Assembly (NCBI RefSeq): GCF_024298765.1
Contig: NZ_CP101210.1
Strand: one strand, 5' to 3'
Origin: Escherichia coli
GTDB lineage: Bacteria > Pseudomonadota > Gammaproteobacteria > Enterobacterales > Enterobacteriaceae
DNA: 64,000 nucleotides
The notes beneath the pieces are model-generated. The model searched no databases. It was not told where the DNA came from and worked only from the letters and a program-made list of their open reading frames with translations. Each line of letters begins with the position of its first letter. Position 1 is the first letter of the stretch. Made by a program: the position numbers and the translations under genes. Shown one piece after another: positions 1 to 13,086 of the stretch.

Positions 1-2
1 CG

Positions 3-512
3 ATACAACGTCTGGAACCGAAAGCAACAACGCAGGTACGGATAGTAAAGCAAGCCTCGACCACAAAATTACCGGGCGATCGCGAAACGCTATTTTTCTA
101 CAATATGCGTGAAATTCCTCCCTCCCCAGAAAAAAACAGCGGCCATGCCGTTCTGCAAGTCGCCATTCAGAGTCGTATCAAGGTATTCTGGCGACCGGCT
201 GCATTACGCAAGAAAGCAGGAGAAAAGGTCGAGCTACAGTTACAAGTCAGCCAGCAGGGCAACCAACTGACACTGAAAAATCCTACCGCGTATTATCTGA
301 CCATTGCCTATCTGGGGAGAAATGAAAAAGGCGTTCTTCCCGGCTTCAAAACCGTGATGGTTGCGCCTTTTAGTACAGTAATTACAAACACCGGAAGTTA
401 TAGCGGCAGTCAGTTTTATCTCGGTTATATGGATGATTACGGCGCGTTACGCATGACGACGCTCAACTGCAGCGGACAATGCCGTTTACAAGCAGTGGAG
501 GCGAAGAAATGA
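3..512 (+). CDS. ybgP: fimbrial periplasmic chaperone, C-terminal part (5' end outside window)
   Basis: Frame is open from window start; C-terminal ...[13 protein letters not shown]... resembles PapD-like chaperones; followed by fimbrial-like gene. Confidence 0.6.
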   Translation: MQRLEPKATTQVRIVKQASTTKLPGDRETLFFYNMREIPPSPEKNSGHAVLQVAIQSRIKVFWRPAALRKKAGEKVELQLQVSQQGNQLTLKNPTAYYLTIAYLGRNEKGVLPGFKTVMVAPFSTVITNTGSYSGSQFYLGYMDDYGALRMTTLNCSGQCRLQAVEAKK

Positions 513-1570
513 GTGCTGGCAAGGGAGTGTTGCTCGTCATCTGTCTGGTATTTCTGCCATTGAAGTCTGCGCTAGCGCTGAACTGCTATTTTGGTACTTC
601 CGGCGGAACGGTAGAAAAATCGGAAGCGATTCAACCCTTTGCTGTGCCAGGTAATGCCAAACCCGGCGATAAGATCTGGGAATCTGACGATATTAAAATT
701 CCCGTCTATTGTGACAACAATACCAACGGCAACTTTGAAAGCGAACATGTCTACGCATGGGTAAACCCCTACCCCGGGGTACAGGATCGTTATTATCAAC
801 TCGGCGTGACATACAATGGTGTCGATTACGATGCCAGTCTGGGGAAAAGCCGCATCGACACCAACCAGTGTATCGACAGTAAGAACATTAACATTTATAC
901 CCCTGAGCAGATTATCGCGATGGGCTGGCAGAACAAAATATGCTCGGGTGACCCCGCTAATATTCACATGTCGCGAACCTTTCTCGCTCGTATGCGGTTA
1001 TACGTTAAGATTCGCGAAATGCCGCCGCATGATTATCAAAGTACGCTTAGCGACTATATCGTCGTGCAATTTGACGGTGCCGGTAGCGTTAACGAAGACC
1101 CTACTGCCCAAAACCTGAAATATCATATTACTGGTCTGGAAAACATTCGCGTGCTGGATTGCAGCGTCAATTTTTCCATTTCACCGGAAACACAGGTGAT
1201 TGATTTTGGTAAATTTAATTTGCTGGATATTCGCCGCCACACAATGTCGAAAACATTCAGTATTAAGACGACAAAATCACAAAATGACCAGTGCACCGAC
1301 GGATTTAAGGTCAGCTCTTCGTTTTATACCGAAGAAACATTGATTGAAGAGGATAAAGCACTGCTGATTGGTAATGGACTGAAGCTACGTTTGCTGGATG
1401 AAAATTCTTCACCCTATACTTTCAACAAATACAGCGAATATGCTGATTTCACCAGCGATATGCTGATCTACGAAAAAACCTATACGGCTGAACTTTCGTC
1501 CATTCCCGGCACCCCCATCGAAGCGGGTCCCTTCGATACAGTGGTGCTTTTTAAGATTAACTATAACTAA
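509..1570 (+). CDS. ybgO: fimbrial-like adhesin protein
   Basis: ORF 479..1570; start trimmed to Met followed by signal peptide ([23 protein letters not shown]); 353 aa. Confidence 0.7.
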   Translation: MSAGKGVLLVICLVFLPLKSALALNCYFGTSGGTVEKSEAIQPFAVPGNAKPGDKIWESDDIKIPVYCDNNTNGNFESEHVYAWVNPYPGVQDRYYQLGVTYNGVDYDASLGKSRIDTNQCIDSKNINIYTPEQIIAMGWQNKICSGDPANIHMSRTFLARMRLYVKIREMPPHDYQSTLSDYIVVQFDGAGSVNEDPTAQNLKYHITGLENIRVLDCSVNFSISPETQVIDFGKFNLLDIRRHTMSKTFSIKTTKSQNDQCTDGFKVSSSFYTEETLIEEDKALLIGNGLKLRLLDENSSPYTFNKYSEYADFTSDMLIYEKTYTAELSSIPGTPIEAGPFDTVVLFKINYN

Positions 1571-1722
1571 TTTATCATGATGCCCTTTGCAGTCAGTAAA
1601 GGGCCTCTCTTTCAGAAAATTGCTGATTTTCCCCTTTTCCTTGATTGCTGTTATTTTTTCCTGGCCCGGCTTTCTTTATGCTGTATCGATACACCAAAGA
1701 GAAAATAATGAGGGAGCGAAGG

Positions 1723-2769
1723 ATGCCAGTTTTGCAGTGGGGAATGTTATGTGTGCTCTCACTTCTACTTTCTATTGGCTTCCTCGGATTACATCTCCCG
1801 GCGGCGCTATTACTTGGGCCGATGCTCGCCGGGATCATCTTCAGTATGCGCGGGGTTACCCTGCAACTCCCCCGCTCCGCTTTTCTCGCCGCGCAGGCCA
1901 TTCTTGGCTGCATGATTGCGCAAAACCTGACCGGTTCGATCCTGACCACGCTAGCGGTGAACTGGCCGATTGTGTTAGCTATTTTACTGGTGACGTTACT
2001 TTCCAGCGCCATCGTGGGTTGGTTATTGGTGCGCTATAGCTCGCTGCCAGGAAATACCGGGGCCTGGGGTTCTTCTCCTGGCGGCGCGGCGGCAATGGTC
2101 GCAATGGCGCAAGATTACGGCGCAGATATTCGCCTGGTGGCGTTTATGCAATATCTGCGAGTGCTGTTCGTCGCAGGAGCCGCTGTTCTGGTCACCCGCA
2201 TGATGCTGGGCGATAACGCTGAAGCGGTTAACCAGCAGATCGTCTGGTTCCCGCCAGTGAGCATTAATCTCCTGCTTACGATTTTGCTCGCGGTCGTTGC
2301 CGGTACGGCGGGATGCTTGCTACGTCTTCCTTCCGGCACGATGCTCATCCCGATGCTGGCGGGCGCAGTGCTCCAGTCTGGTCAGCTCATCACGATTGAA
2401 CTCCCGGAATGGCTGCTGGCGATGGCATATATGGCAATTGGCTGGCGGATTGGTCTTGGTTTCGATAAGCAAATATTACTGCGGGCATTGCGCCCACTGC
2501 CACAAATCCTGCTGTCGATTTTTGCTCTGCTGGCTATTTGTGCGGGTATGGCGTGGGGGCTGACCCGGTTTATGCATATTGATTTTATGACCGCCTACCT
2601 CGCCACCAGCCCCGGCGGGCTTGATACCGTGGCGGTCATCGCCGCAGGGAGCAATGCCGATATGGCGCTCATCATGGCGATGCAAACCCTGCGCCTGTTC
2701 AGTATTTTGCTGACGGGACCTGCCATTGCGCGGTTTATTTCAACCTATGCGCCGAAGCGTTCTGCCTAA
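1723..2769 (+). CDS. abrB: AbrB-family inner membrane protein
   Basis: ORF 1645..2769, start trimmed to MPVLQWG (348 aa); polytopic hydrophobic protein. Confidence 0.75.
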   Translation: MPVLQWGMLCVLSLLLSIGFLGLHLPAALLLGPMLAGIIFSMRGVTLQLPRSAFLAAQAILGCMIAQNLTGSILTTLAVNWPIVLAILLVTLLSSAIVGWLLVRYSSLPGNTGAWGSSPGGAAAMVAMAQDYGADIRLVAFMQYLRVLFVAGAAVLVTRMMLGDNAEAVNQQIVWFPPVSINLLLTILLAVVAGTAGCLLRLPSGTMLIPMLAGAVLQSGQLITIELPEWLLAMAYMAIGWRIGLGFDKQILLRALRPLPQILLSIFALLAICAGMAWGLTRFMHIDFMTAYLATSPGGLDTVAVIAAGSNADMALIMAMQTLRLFSILLTGPAIARFISTYAPKRSA

Positions 2770-3557
2770 TGCTGGCAGCCAGGGCACCAGTAAAACGGGC
2801 GAGATGACAGCGTGGTTTTCTCAATGATGCCGCCACAGCGTTCGCACAGTTCGCCATCACGATGAAAAACCTTAAAGCGAAACAGCGCCCCATGATGCTT
2901 ATTCTCATCCACCTGCCCCCGCGTAGCGTAGGAAAATCGAGGAATATCCAGTAACGCGTGTGCGAGTGCATCCAGTTGCGCCGCATTGAGATCTTTCGCT
3001 TTATGATTTCCAGTCAACCCAACCTGCCAGAGGATCTCCACCCGCAAATAATTGCCAAGCCCAGCCAGAAACGCCTGATCGAGCAGTAATCCAGCAAACT
3101 GACGGTTACGAAAGCGCGGCGACAATAACCGTTCCTTTACCACCTCCGGCGTCAGATTCGGATCCAGCACATCGGGGCCGACTCGTTGTAAAAACGGATG
3201 CGTGATCAGTTGTTCCGGCGTCAACATCTCAATATCCGAGGCGCTATAAAGCAGAATAGTTTTGTCAACCGTTTGCAGTTTTACCCGCAATACTCGCATA
3301 GTCTGCGGCTCTTCGCCGGTATCAACCACGCGCCAGACGCCGTAAAGCTGATTATGGCTGTAGAGCGTTAAGTCGTTGGAAAAATGAGTTAACAACGCCT
3401 TACCACGCGTTTCCACATGGGTAACGTGTTGACCGATAAGTTGTGATTGATAAGGTTTTAACTGCGGGAAGGCAAACCAGACATCAGTTAGTGGTTTGCC
3501 TTTGATCGCCGCCTCCAGGTTATCCGCTGCACGGCGGATCTCCGGGCCTTCAGGCAT
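2766..3557 (-). CDS. nei: endonuclease VIII (Fpg/Nei family DNA glycosylase)
   Basis: 263 aa, N-terminal MPEGPEIRR and C-terminal zinc-finger CxxC...CxxC. Confidence 0.9.
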   Translation of the reverse strand: MPEGPEIRRAADNLEAAIKGKPLTDVWFAFPQLKPYQSQLIGQHVTHVETRGKALLTHFSNDLTLYSHNQLYGVWRVVDTGEEPQTMRVLRVKLQTVDKTILLYSASDIEMLTPEQLITHPFLQRVGPDVLDPNLTPEVVKERLLSPRFRNRQFAGLLLDQAFLAGLGNYLRVEILWQVGLTGNHKAKDLNAAQLDALAHALLDIPRFSYATRGQVDENKHHGALFRFKVFHRDGELCERCGGIIEKTTLSSRPFYWCPGCQH

Positions 3558-3592
3558 GGTGATATCCTTTTTTCATTCTTTATTAAACGGGG

Positions 3593-4327
3593 TTATGCTG
3601 CGACAACAATCCCCTTTTCGGCAAATGTAGAGCGTAGTCGGCGGGCGAATGCCAGTGCGTGCTCGCCGTCGCCATGCAGGCAGACCGTTTGCGCCGTGAC
3701 CGTTGCCCATTCGCCGGTGATGCTTTTGACTCTGCCGTGTTGCACCATCTCCAGCGTTTGCGCCAGCGCCTGTTCTTCGTTTTCAATCAACGCGCCTGGC
3801 TGGCTTCGCGGCACCAGCGAACCGTCTGCCTGATAACCGCGATCGGCAAACACTTCCTCGCGCGTTGTCAGGCCATATTGCTTGCCTGCACGAATCAGCT
3901 CGCTTCCTGCCAGCCCGACGAGAATCAATGCCGGATCGCAAGCGTATACCGCTCTGGCGATGGCGTCTGCCAGTTGTGCCTCTTTCGCTGCCTGGTTGTA
4001 TAACATGCCGTGAGGTTTGACATGACGCATAACACCGCCTTGCGCACGGGCAATCGTTGCCAGCGCGCCAATTTGATACAGCGTCTGGGCGTAAACGGTT
4101 TCTGGCGGCAGCTGCATGACGCTGCGCCCAAAATTTTCCCTGTCGGGAAAACTCGGGTGAGCGCCAATCGCAACACCATTTTTTATTGCTTCACGCACGC
4201 AAGCCTGCATGGTTTGCGCATCGCCTGCATGAAATCCACAGGCAATATTGGCAGAGGAAACCAGCGTTAATAGCTCTGCGTCGCTGGCATAGCCTTCGCC
4301 CAGATCGGCGTTCAGGTCAATTTTCAT
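3593..4327 (-). CDS. pxpA: 5-oxoprolinase subunit A (LamB/YcsF family)
   Basis: 244 aa, [13 protein letters not shown]-terminus; in pxpB-pxpC-pxpA cluster. Confidence 0.85.
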   Translation of the reverse strand: MKIDLNADLGEGYASDAELLTLVSSANIACGFHAGDAQTMQACVREAIKNGVAIGAHPSFPDRENFGRSVMQLPPETVYAQTLYQIGALATIARAQGGVMRHVKPHGMLYNQAAKEAQLADAIARAVYACDPALILVGLAGSELIRAGKQYGLTTREEVFADRGYQADGSLVPRSQPGALIENEEQALAQTLEMVQHGRVKSITGEWATVTAQTVCLHGDGEHALAFARRLRSTFAEKGIVVAA

Positions 4328-5249
4328 TGTGCAGCCGCCACGCTAATTGTTCGAAATAACGTTGCTGATCTTGCCGTGCTTTCAGTGCTTCTTCCAGTGA
4401 ACACTGGACAAAATGAATCGGCTGACCGAGCGGAATTTGCGCCAGATGGTACATATCAGCCTCGATGATACAGGCAATACGCGGATAACCACCGGTGGTC
4501 TGTGCGTCGTTCATCAACACAATCGGCTGCCCGTTATGTGGCACCTGCACCACGCCCGGTAACAAACCGTGAGATAACAGTTCGCGATCGGTGGTGCGTT
4601 TTAAAATTTGCCCCTGTAAGCGATAGCCCATTCGGTTACTTTGCGAGCTAAGCTGCCAGGGCGAACGCCAGAATGCATCCTGCGAGGCGCGATCGAACTC
4701 ATGATATTCCGGCCCCGGCAAGGCGCGAATGCGGTTGCCCCACAGCAGCTGTTTAACGCCCTGCGCTTCCATAAAATCACGCTTCGATTTGCCAATCGGG
4801 AGTCGGTCACCATCCTTTAGTAAACGGCCTTCCAGCCCGCCAATCCCCACTTTGAGATCGGTGCTGCATGACCCCATTACCGGCGGAACATCAATACCAC
4901 CCGCGACCGCCAGATAACTGCGCATCCCGTGCTGCGGGCGTTTAAGCGTTAAACGCTGACCTGCTTTCATCGGCAATCGCCAGCCGGTCCAGACGGCGTT
5001 ATCATCCAGCCGCGCTTCGCAACCGGCCCCCGTCAGAGCAAACCACCCATCAGTTTCGAACTCAACCGTTAACTGACCGAGCGTGATCTCCAGCGCGGGG
5101 GCATTGGCGTCATTACCCACCAGTAGGTTAGCAATGCGTAACGCGGGCATATCCAGTGCGCCGCAGTGGCTGATACCCGACTGGCGAAAACCGTGACGAC
5201 CGCCATCCTGCACAGTGGTATACATGCCCGCACGAATAATCTTCAGCAT
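4317..5249 (-). CDS. pxpC: 5-oxoprolinase subunit C
   Basis: 310 aa ORF overlapping neighbours by a few nt (operon). Confidence 0.8.
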
Positions 5250-5899
5250 ACTCCCTCCTTCTGCGGTACAAAGCGCACGCTGTCTCCCGGACGTAATAAG
5301 ATGGGTTCGTCACGCGCCGGATCAAACAGGCTGAGTGAGGTATGACCAATCAACTGCCAGCCACCCGGCGTTGCCAGCGGATAAACACCGGTCTGCGGCC
5401 CGCCGATCCCGACAGAACCTGCCGGAACGAGCAAGCGCGGTTCAGCGCGCCGTGGCGTGTGTAGTTGTTCCGGCAAACTCCCGAGATACGGGAAGCCCGG
5501 TTGAAAACCTAAAAACCAGACCACGTATTCCACGGAGGAGTGCAATTCAACAACCTGTTTTTCGCTCAACCCACAATGCGCCGCGACCACCGCCAAATCC
5601 GGTCCGCCTGCGCCACCGTAAACCACCGGAATTTCAATAAAACGAGACTCCGGCTCCAGCGCCTCACTCTCCTCCCACCAGCGTTGCAAACGCTCTATGG
5701 CATCCAGCGCCAGCGACTCAGGATTACGTAAAATCACCGTGATATTGTTCATGCCAGGAATGGCTTCAACCACATTCGGCATATCCACCAGACGCTGCGC
5801 CAGTCGCCAGATCCGTTTCTGGCTAGCCAGCGTCACCGGCGGTTCCAGCTCCAGCACTACCGCCGTTTCACCTATCAGATAACAACGCGCTCGTTGCAC
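5243..5899 (-). CDS. pxpB: 5-oxoprolinase subunit B
   Basis: 218 aa ORF, first gene of cluster. Confidence 0.8.
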
Positions 5900-5921
5900 T
5901 TTCGATCCCTCTGATTATTCG

Positions 5922-6665
5922 TTATGCAGGATTAGGAATATCAATAAAGGTCACATCAAGATCGGTATTTTCATTCAGCCACTCGCTCAATGCGCGAATA
6001 CCACCGCGTTCAGTGGCATGGTGACCCGCAGCATAAAAATGCAATCCCTGCTCGCGGGCTGAATGAATGGTCTGTTCAGAAACTTCGCCAGTAATAAAAG
6101 CATCCACGCCAAAACGCGCGGCGCTATCGATAAAACTTTGCCCGCCGCCCGTGCACCAGGCGACGCGCTGGACCACCTCAGGTCCGGTATCGCCACACCA
6201 TAACGGCTTACGTCCCAGACGCGCTTCAATCCAGGAGGCCAGTTCCAGTCCCGGCACAGGCATGGTCAGTTCGCCCCACGGCACCAACGGCTCAATTTCG
6301 CCCATGACCGTGATCCCCAGTAACGCCGCCAGCTGTGCGTTATTGCCCAGCTCAGGATGTGCGTCAAGCGGCAAATGCCAGCCATACAGGTTGATATCAT
6401 TCGCCAGCAACGTTTTTAAACGGTTACGCTTCATGCCGCGAATGACCGGGGATTCGCCTTTCCAGAAGTAGCCATGATGCACAATGACCGCATCCGCGCC
6501 CAGACGCACCGCTTCATCGAGCAAAGCCTGGCTGGCAGTGACACCGGTAACAATTTTTTGCACCGTCTCTTTGCCTTCCACCTGCAAACCATTCGGCGCG
6601 TAATCACTAATCGCCGCGCTGTTCAGTTTTTCGTTAATCAGTTGTTCCAGTTCGGTGTTTTTCAT
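5922..6665 (-). CDS. ybgI: Nif3-family metal-binding protein
   Basis: 247 aa, recognised by sequence. Confidence 0.8.
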   Translation of the reverse strand: MKNTELEQLINEKLNSAAISDYAPNGLQVEGKETVQKIVTGVTASQALLDEAVRLGADAVIVHHGYFWKGESPVIRGMKRNRLKTLLANDINLYGWHLPLDAHPELGNNAQLAALLGITVMGEIEPLVPWGELTMPVPGLELASWIEARLGRKPLWCGDTGPEVVQRVAWCTGGGQSFIDSAARFGVDAFITGEVSEQTIHSAREQGLHFYAAGHHATERGGIRALSEWLNENTDLDVTFIDIPNPA

Positions 6666-6752
6666 CTTCGCGCCTTCCGTATTCTGATAGCTACACCGTT
6701 AACATAGCGTTACCTCGCCTGTTCGTCGATAGCCAATCTTTTGACATATTAA

Positions 6753-8417
<1,665 letters not shown>

Positions 8418-8459
8418 TAGACCAGCACCGATGCCTGATAAGACGCTCACTGCGTTTTA

Positions 8460-9878
8460 TCAGGCTCCTTTCCTCGCTTCTTCGTACGCTGCCAGCGTTC
8501 GCAGCCTTGCCTCTTTGTGATCAACTATCGGTTGCGGATAATCCAGCGTCATACCTGCTTTCTGCGCCCACTTCCACGGCTCATGCACCACTTTCCCTGG
8601 CACATCGCGCAGTTCCGGTAGCCACTGGCGGATAAACTCGCCTTCGCGGTCAAATTTCTCGCCCTGGGTTGTCGGGTTAAAAATACGAAAATACGGCGCT
8701 GCATCGGTTCCGGTTGAAGCGGCCCACTGCCAGCCACCGTTATTAGCTGCCAAATCACCATCAATCAGCTGCGACATGAAATATCGCTCGCCTTCGCGCC
8801 AGTCGATCAACAAATCTTTCACCAGAAAACTGGCTGTAATCATCCGTAGCCTGTTATGCATCCAGCCAGTGCTGTTAAGCTGACGCATGGCAGCATCGAC
8901 AATCGGGTATCCCGTTTTGCCTTCCTGCCAGGCCTGTAAATGTGCGGGATTGCTCTGCCACTGCACACGATCCGTCCAGGCAATAAACGGACAATGTTTA
9001 CACAACGAGGGGTAATACGTCATCAGATGACGGTAGAACTCGCGCCAGATCAGCTCACTAAGCCAGACACTACCGGCCCCACCGTCCAGCGCCTGCGGCT
9101 GTTCCGCCAACAAGCGATGCAAACACTGGCGAGGCGATAACCCGCCCGTTGCCAGGCTGGCGGACAAACGACTGGTGCCTTCCACTGCCGGAAAATCTCG
9201 TTGTTGCTCATATTCTCCGGCACCGTTCTGGCAAAACTGGCGTAATTGCGCAATCGCAGCTTTTTCTTCCACCGGGAAATGCGCAGTATCGAAAGACTGA
9301 CGAGGATAATTCAGCGTAATGGATGGCGCGGGCTTTATCGATCCGCTACTACGAACTTTTGGTGCAGCGACGCACTCCGGCATCCCTTCCCGCAGCCGTT
9401 TCAGCCAGGCATTTTGAAAAGGCGTAAAGACTTTGTACATCTCATGATTGTCAGTCATCACCGCGCCAGGCGGCAGGATCACGCTGTCATCAAATCCTTC
9501 ACACACCACGTTACGCAGCGTTCTCTCAACCTGCACATCCCGCGCCCGCTCATTCACCTCATACTGATAGTTATAAAAAAGATGAGTAACGCTGTTTTCC
9601 GCGCACACCTGTTTAACTATTTCGACGCTGGCGGCAAAGTCATCCACTTCACGGAACAATAAAGGAATGCCTTTTTCCGCCAGCGCGATTTGTAGCCCGT
9701 TCAGTTGAGCATTGATAAGTTCAGCCTGACGCGGCGACATGTTATGCGCCGCCCACTGGCGTGGTGTAGCGATATACAACGCCAGCACGCTTGCAGACGA
9801 ATTGCGGCAGGCGGCAGCCAGCGCGAGATTATCGTGCTGACGTAAATCCTGGCGAAACCAGACCAGATGGGTAGTCAT
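8460..9878 (-). CDS. phr: deoxyribodipyrimidine photolyase
   Basis: 472 aa, MTTHLVWFRQDLR N-terminus; overlaps ybgA start. Confidence 0.9.
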   Translation of the reverse strand: MTTHLVWFRQDLRQHDNLALAAACRNSSASVLALYIATPRQWAAHNMSPRQAELINAQLNGLQIALAEKGIPLLFREVDDFAASVEIVKQVCAENSVTHLFYNYQYEVNERARDVQVERTLRNVVCEGFDDSVILPPGAVMTDNHEMYKVFTPFQNAWLKRLREGMPECVAAPKVRSSGSIKPAPSITLNYPRQSFDTAHFPVEEKAAIAQLRQFCQNGAGEYEQQRDFPAVEGTSRLSASLATGGLSPRQCLHRLLAEQPQALDGGAGSVWLSELIWREFYRHLMTYYPSLCKHCPFIAWTDRVQWQSNPAHLQAWQEGKTGYPIVDAAMRQLNSTGWMHNRLRMITASFLVKDLLIDWREGERYFMSQLIDGDLAANNGGWQWAASTGTDAAPYFRIFNPTTQGEKFDREGEFIRQWLPELRDVPGKVVHEPWKWAQKAGMTLDYPQPIVDHKEARLRTLAAYEEARKGA

Positions 9879-10384
9879 AAAACTCCTGAATGGCGCAAGT
9901 TAATCACACACGGCCAAAGTTCGAAATAACGCTGCACTGAAAGCCAGGCGTCAGGATAAAGCGCCATATAGTGTTTGATACGCATCAGCGGCGCAAGAAG
10001 TGGTTGCTCGCCACGGCGATAACTGTCGATAAGCGCCGCCAGCTGCTGGCGTTCTGTGGAATCAATATGTGGGCGAAAATATCCCTGAACGTGCATCAAA
10101 ACGTTAGTATGATCACGCCGGTTGGCAGGGTGAGAAAGCAAAACAATCACGCGTTGGCGGTACTGGTTGTAATAGTCATCCAGACTTTGCCACCGGTGAA
10201 TATCAGCCACAAACGGGCCAAGTTTGCGGTATTCCGGCTGGGAATGCGCCAGAAAGACGAGTTTATAACGGCTGTGATAATCGAGAAGCGCCCCGCGCGT
10301 TAAGCCATGTTCTTTCAGTCGATATAGCTCATAAATCGCGAAGATGCGGATTAGGGTGCTTTCATCAAATCGTTGCTGATTCAT
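9875..10384 (-). CDS. ybgA: DUF1722-family protein
   Basis: 169 aa ORF upstream of and overlapping phr. Confidence 0.8.
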   Translation of the reverse strand: MNQQRFDESTLIRIFAIYELYRLKEHGLTRGALLDYHSRYKLVFLAHSQPEYRKLGPFVADIHRWQSLDDYYNQYRQRVIVLLSHPANRRDHTNVLMHVQGYFRPHIDSTERQQLAALIDSYRRGEQPLLAPLMRIKHYMALYPDAWLSVQRYFELWPCVINLRHSGVL

Positions 10385-10461
10385 TACTGCTCCTGAACGG
10401 TTTACAGGAGTAAGTGTAGACGTTGGGAAATGAAATTTGTGAAGTTAATCCTGTTGTAGCA

Positions 10462-11439
10462 GGGCAAGATTACGAAAGCCCGCTCCCCGTAAGGACTGAC
10501 GCCAGGTAGTTTCTGTCCATAGCTGCCCTTTCTATTCAAACGTGAAATCAATAAGTTCATCAGGGACATCACAAACAATATGAAGACGGGTTTCTTCTCT
10601 GCCGTGACTCTTTTCACTAATTGAGTAACTGTCGTGCTCTGGATTATTTAATTCTTTCAGCGGAAATTTTTCCTCAAAGGCTTTATTAAGCCGCCACCTG
10701 ATTTCCTTTTACAGCGAATAAATAATCACCTCCCTGTTTTTGTATCTTCTCTGCAATATCTTTCTGGCAACTCATCGCATCAGTTGTGATGATTTTTCCT
10801 TTAATATCCAGCATGTTAAGAAGTTCAGGGATAGCTGTAATTTCATTGGATTTCTCATCCGTCCTGATCTGTCCGATGACCAGACTGTGCATTGTTGAGA
10901 ACGCACTAATGACATGAATCGCTCCCCTGCGGCGACTCTTGTCATAAGAATGCCGGAGCGTTTTTCCATCAATTGCAATAACGTCTTTATCATCTGAAGA
11001 ATGGCAGTCACGCATCCAGTTAATAAAGCACTCGTGAAATTTTGAAGGACTGATACAGGATACAACTCTGGCGATGGTATCGTGAACAGGAATACCATTT
11101 TAAAAATCACCATATTGTTTTAAAAAATCGAGATGTGTTTCCCCAAAATCCTCTATATCTTCCCAACCATCTGCACCAGAAATAACGGCACAAATAGTCA
11201 ACAGTAGAATATCCGACAATTTATGTTCCACTTTTCCAGGATTGTCTGTAATCGGGAATAACAGAAATATGTTCCATCAATTTTTTAAGTACCATTTTGT
11301 TCTCCTTAATTATGTAAGGAGTATTTGATCATGTATAAGCAATAAAAAACAGCTTTAGGTAATGAGGAATATCTCAATTTTTAAACATAAAATGCGAATT
11401 GTCTAGTACAAAAAAGCAGCGTTACGTGATCTTTCCCTG
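10462..11439 (-). mobile_element. degenerate ISAs1-family (H-repeat) copy with internal deletion and frameshift
   Basis: Both ends match the ends of the intact copy at 13087..14388 (CAGGGxAAGATTACG... and ...CGTTACGTGATCTTTCCCTG); about 320 bp missing from the 3' part; ORF fragments 10686..11015 and 10772..11113. Confidence 0.7.
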
Positions 11440-11532
11440 AGAGGTACAGGAACTGCGGGAGGAACTTTATCAGGTTAAACAGGGGTTAAGGGGATGCGGA
11501 ACGGGATGTTTAGTGTGCTGAACGAAAGCTAA
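11440..11532 (+). pseudogene. 3' fragment of SymE-family gene, truncated by the ISAs1 copy
   Basis: ...QELREELYQVKQGLRGCGTGCLVC-type tail homologous to the end of 14396..14725; begins exactly at the IS end. Confidence 0.6.
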
Positions 11533-11534
11533 AT

Positions 11535-11572
11535 AATAAAAAAGCCGGGAAGATCTTATCTTTCCCGGCCAT
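11535..11572. terminator. hairpin + T-run between convergent genes
   Basis: aagccgggaagatcttatctttcccggc inverted repeat. Confidence 0.5.
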
Positions 11573-11587
11573 CTTGCCATACATTAA

Positions 11588-12022
11588 TTATTTATGAATA
11601 TAATATAACTGAACATCATATTCATTATCACTTAAAACTATTAGTCGATCGGGAAATGTAAATGCTAATGAAAGATCATATGTTTCATTTATCGAAAACA
11701 AACTCAATATGAAATTTGAAAAATTTTCGACATGAAGAGATATGCAAACATCTCCATTATAGAATATATTGCAAAGAATATCTTTTTTCACATTCAGTGT
11801 ACTTTCAACATCTCTCGCTAGATCATTAATATTTAAAGGTAAATTGAAAACTCTCCTTTCAATAATATTATCGGTTTTATTTATTGCCATTAGCATTTCT
11901 CGATGCCACATGAAGTCATTCTTACGTAAGAATGATACATCAAAGGAAGTGACACCATTTAATTTAGAAGCATAATCTTTTGCTCTAATTAAATTTAATT
12001 TATCTTCAAGGCTAATTTTCAT
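11588..12022 (-). CDS. putative immunity protein of orphan Rhs C-terminal toxin
   Basis: 144 aa ORF starting 11 nt inside the 3' end of the toxin stub; position-based call only. Confidence 0.5.
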   Translation of the reverse strand: MKISLEDKLNLIRAKDYASKLNGVTSFDVSFLRKNDFMWHREMLMAINKTDNIIERRVFNLPLNINDLARDVESTLNVKKDILCNIFYNGDVCISLHVENFSNFILSLFSINETYDLSLAFTFPDRLIVLSDNEYDVQLYYIHK

Positions 12023-12470
12023 AATATATATGATGATCCTTAGTTACAGGGTCATTGATCTTCTGATATCTATCACTTTTGAAATCGTATGTTCTAGGAT
12101 CAGCGCCCGGTTTAGGTTGTCCTGCATGTGCGTGAGGGCCAGGTGCCCTAGGATCTGCCGTGTGCTCGACTACAACTTTCTTACGTCCGTAGGCATCTGT
12201 ATATTCATAATATCGCCCATGAGACCCTAAATCTTCCGAATATTTATAATTTGTTTGTCCCCTTCTTCTAGGATCATTTCCAACGGTCCATTGCCTATTA
12301 GGTTGCTGTGAACGAGGTATGCCCGCAAGATCTTTTGCTTTATTTAGTGCCTGACGACGGTTTCTTAATTCACCACATTTAAGACCAAGCGGATCTATCC
12401 AGCTTACTGGATTAGGCGCGTAAGCATATAAGTTTAGCCCCCCCGCCAGCCCTATCGGGTCGGGTTACGT
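12012..12470 (-). pseudogene. orphan rhs C-terminal stub: last ~25 core codons (..PIGLAGGLNLYAYAPNPVSWIDPLGL) plus ~125-aa toxin tip, no start codon
   Basis: Hand translation of minus strand; in-frame stop immediately upstream of the core remnant; absent from ORF track because it lacks a start. Confidence 0.6.
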
Positions 12471-12634
12471 AAATGTTCCACAGTCCGAGTCGTAGTACCT
12501 CAGAAGGTTGCAGTGCAATCCCGCCTTGCGACATCAAGGCATAGTTTCAGAAAAAGTAAGGAGCAATCACCATACCCCAATTCACTGGGTGCTAAATAAT
12601 ATCTGGTAACATCCCTTACTTCAATTCTATTTCA

Positions 12635-13030
12635 TTACAACTTCTTTACTTTCCATATTCTTTGCGCAGCTAAAAAAGATACTCCTTTGAACCAAGACGC
12701 ACATTCAATAACTTGTTCCCATGAATATATTTTATGTGAGCTAAATTTTATCGATTCATCTTGGTTCATTATCTCAATAAAATAATATCCTTTATTATAA
12801 TCTCTTTTTTCTATTCTATCTTCAGCTCTTGCCGAACGTATAGAAATAACACAATCATCTAATAAACAAAATCTTTTCTTTATAATCGCATCATCTTGGT
12901 TCCATGGATTTGTACTTGCCATTTGTTCTGATTGTTTCAGCTCATTCACTACTGTATACCAAATAGCTTCGGTATCACTTGCCTTTGCATTCTCTCTATC
13001 AGACTCGGATCTAAATATAATTTTGTCCAT
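12635..13030 (-). CDS. putative orphan immunity protein (cognate toxin replaced by ISAs1)
   Basis: 131 aa ORF; about 20 codons of an upstream ORF end in TAA overlapping its ATG (TAAAATG) just before the IS end. Confidence 0.4.
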   Translation of the reverse strand: MDKIIFRSESDRENAKASDTEAIWYTVVNELKQSEQMASTNPWNQDDAIIKKRFCLLDDCVISIRSARAEDRIEKRDYNKGYYFIEIMNQDESIKFSSHKIYSWEQVIECASWFKGVSFLAAQRIWKVKKL

Positions 13031-13086
13031 TTTAATAATCCAAATGTAAATTACTTAAAATACCCTCTGCCTCATTCCAGGCATTG

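Noticed and set aside
10402-10617. 71-aa ORF next to ybgA
   Set aside because: It lies within the degenerate ISAs1 end and intergenic remnant, with no supporting features.
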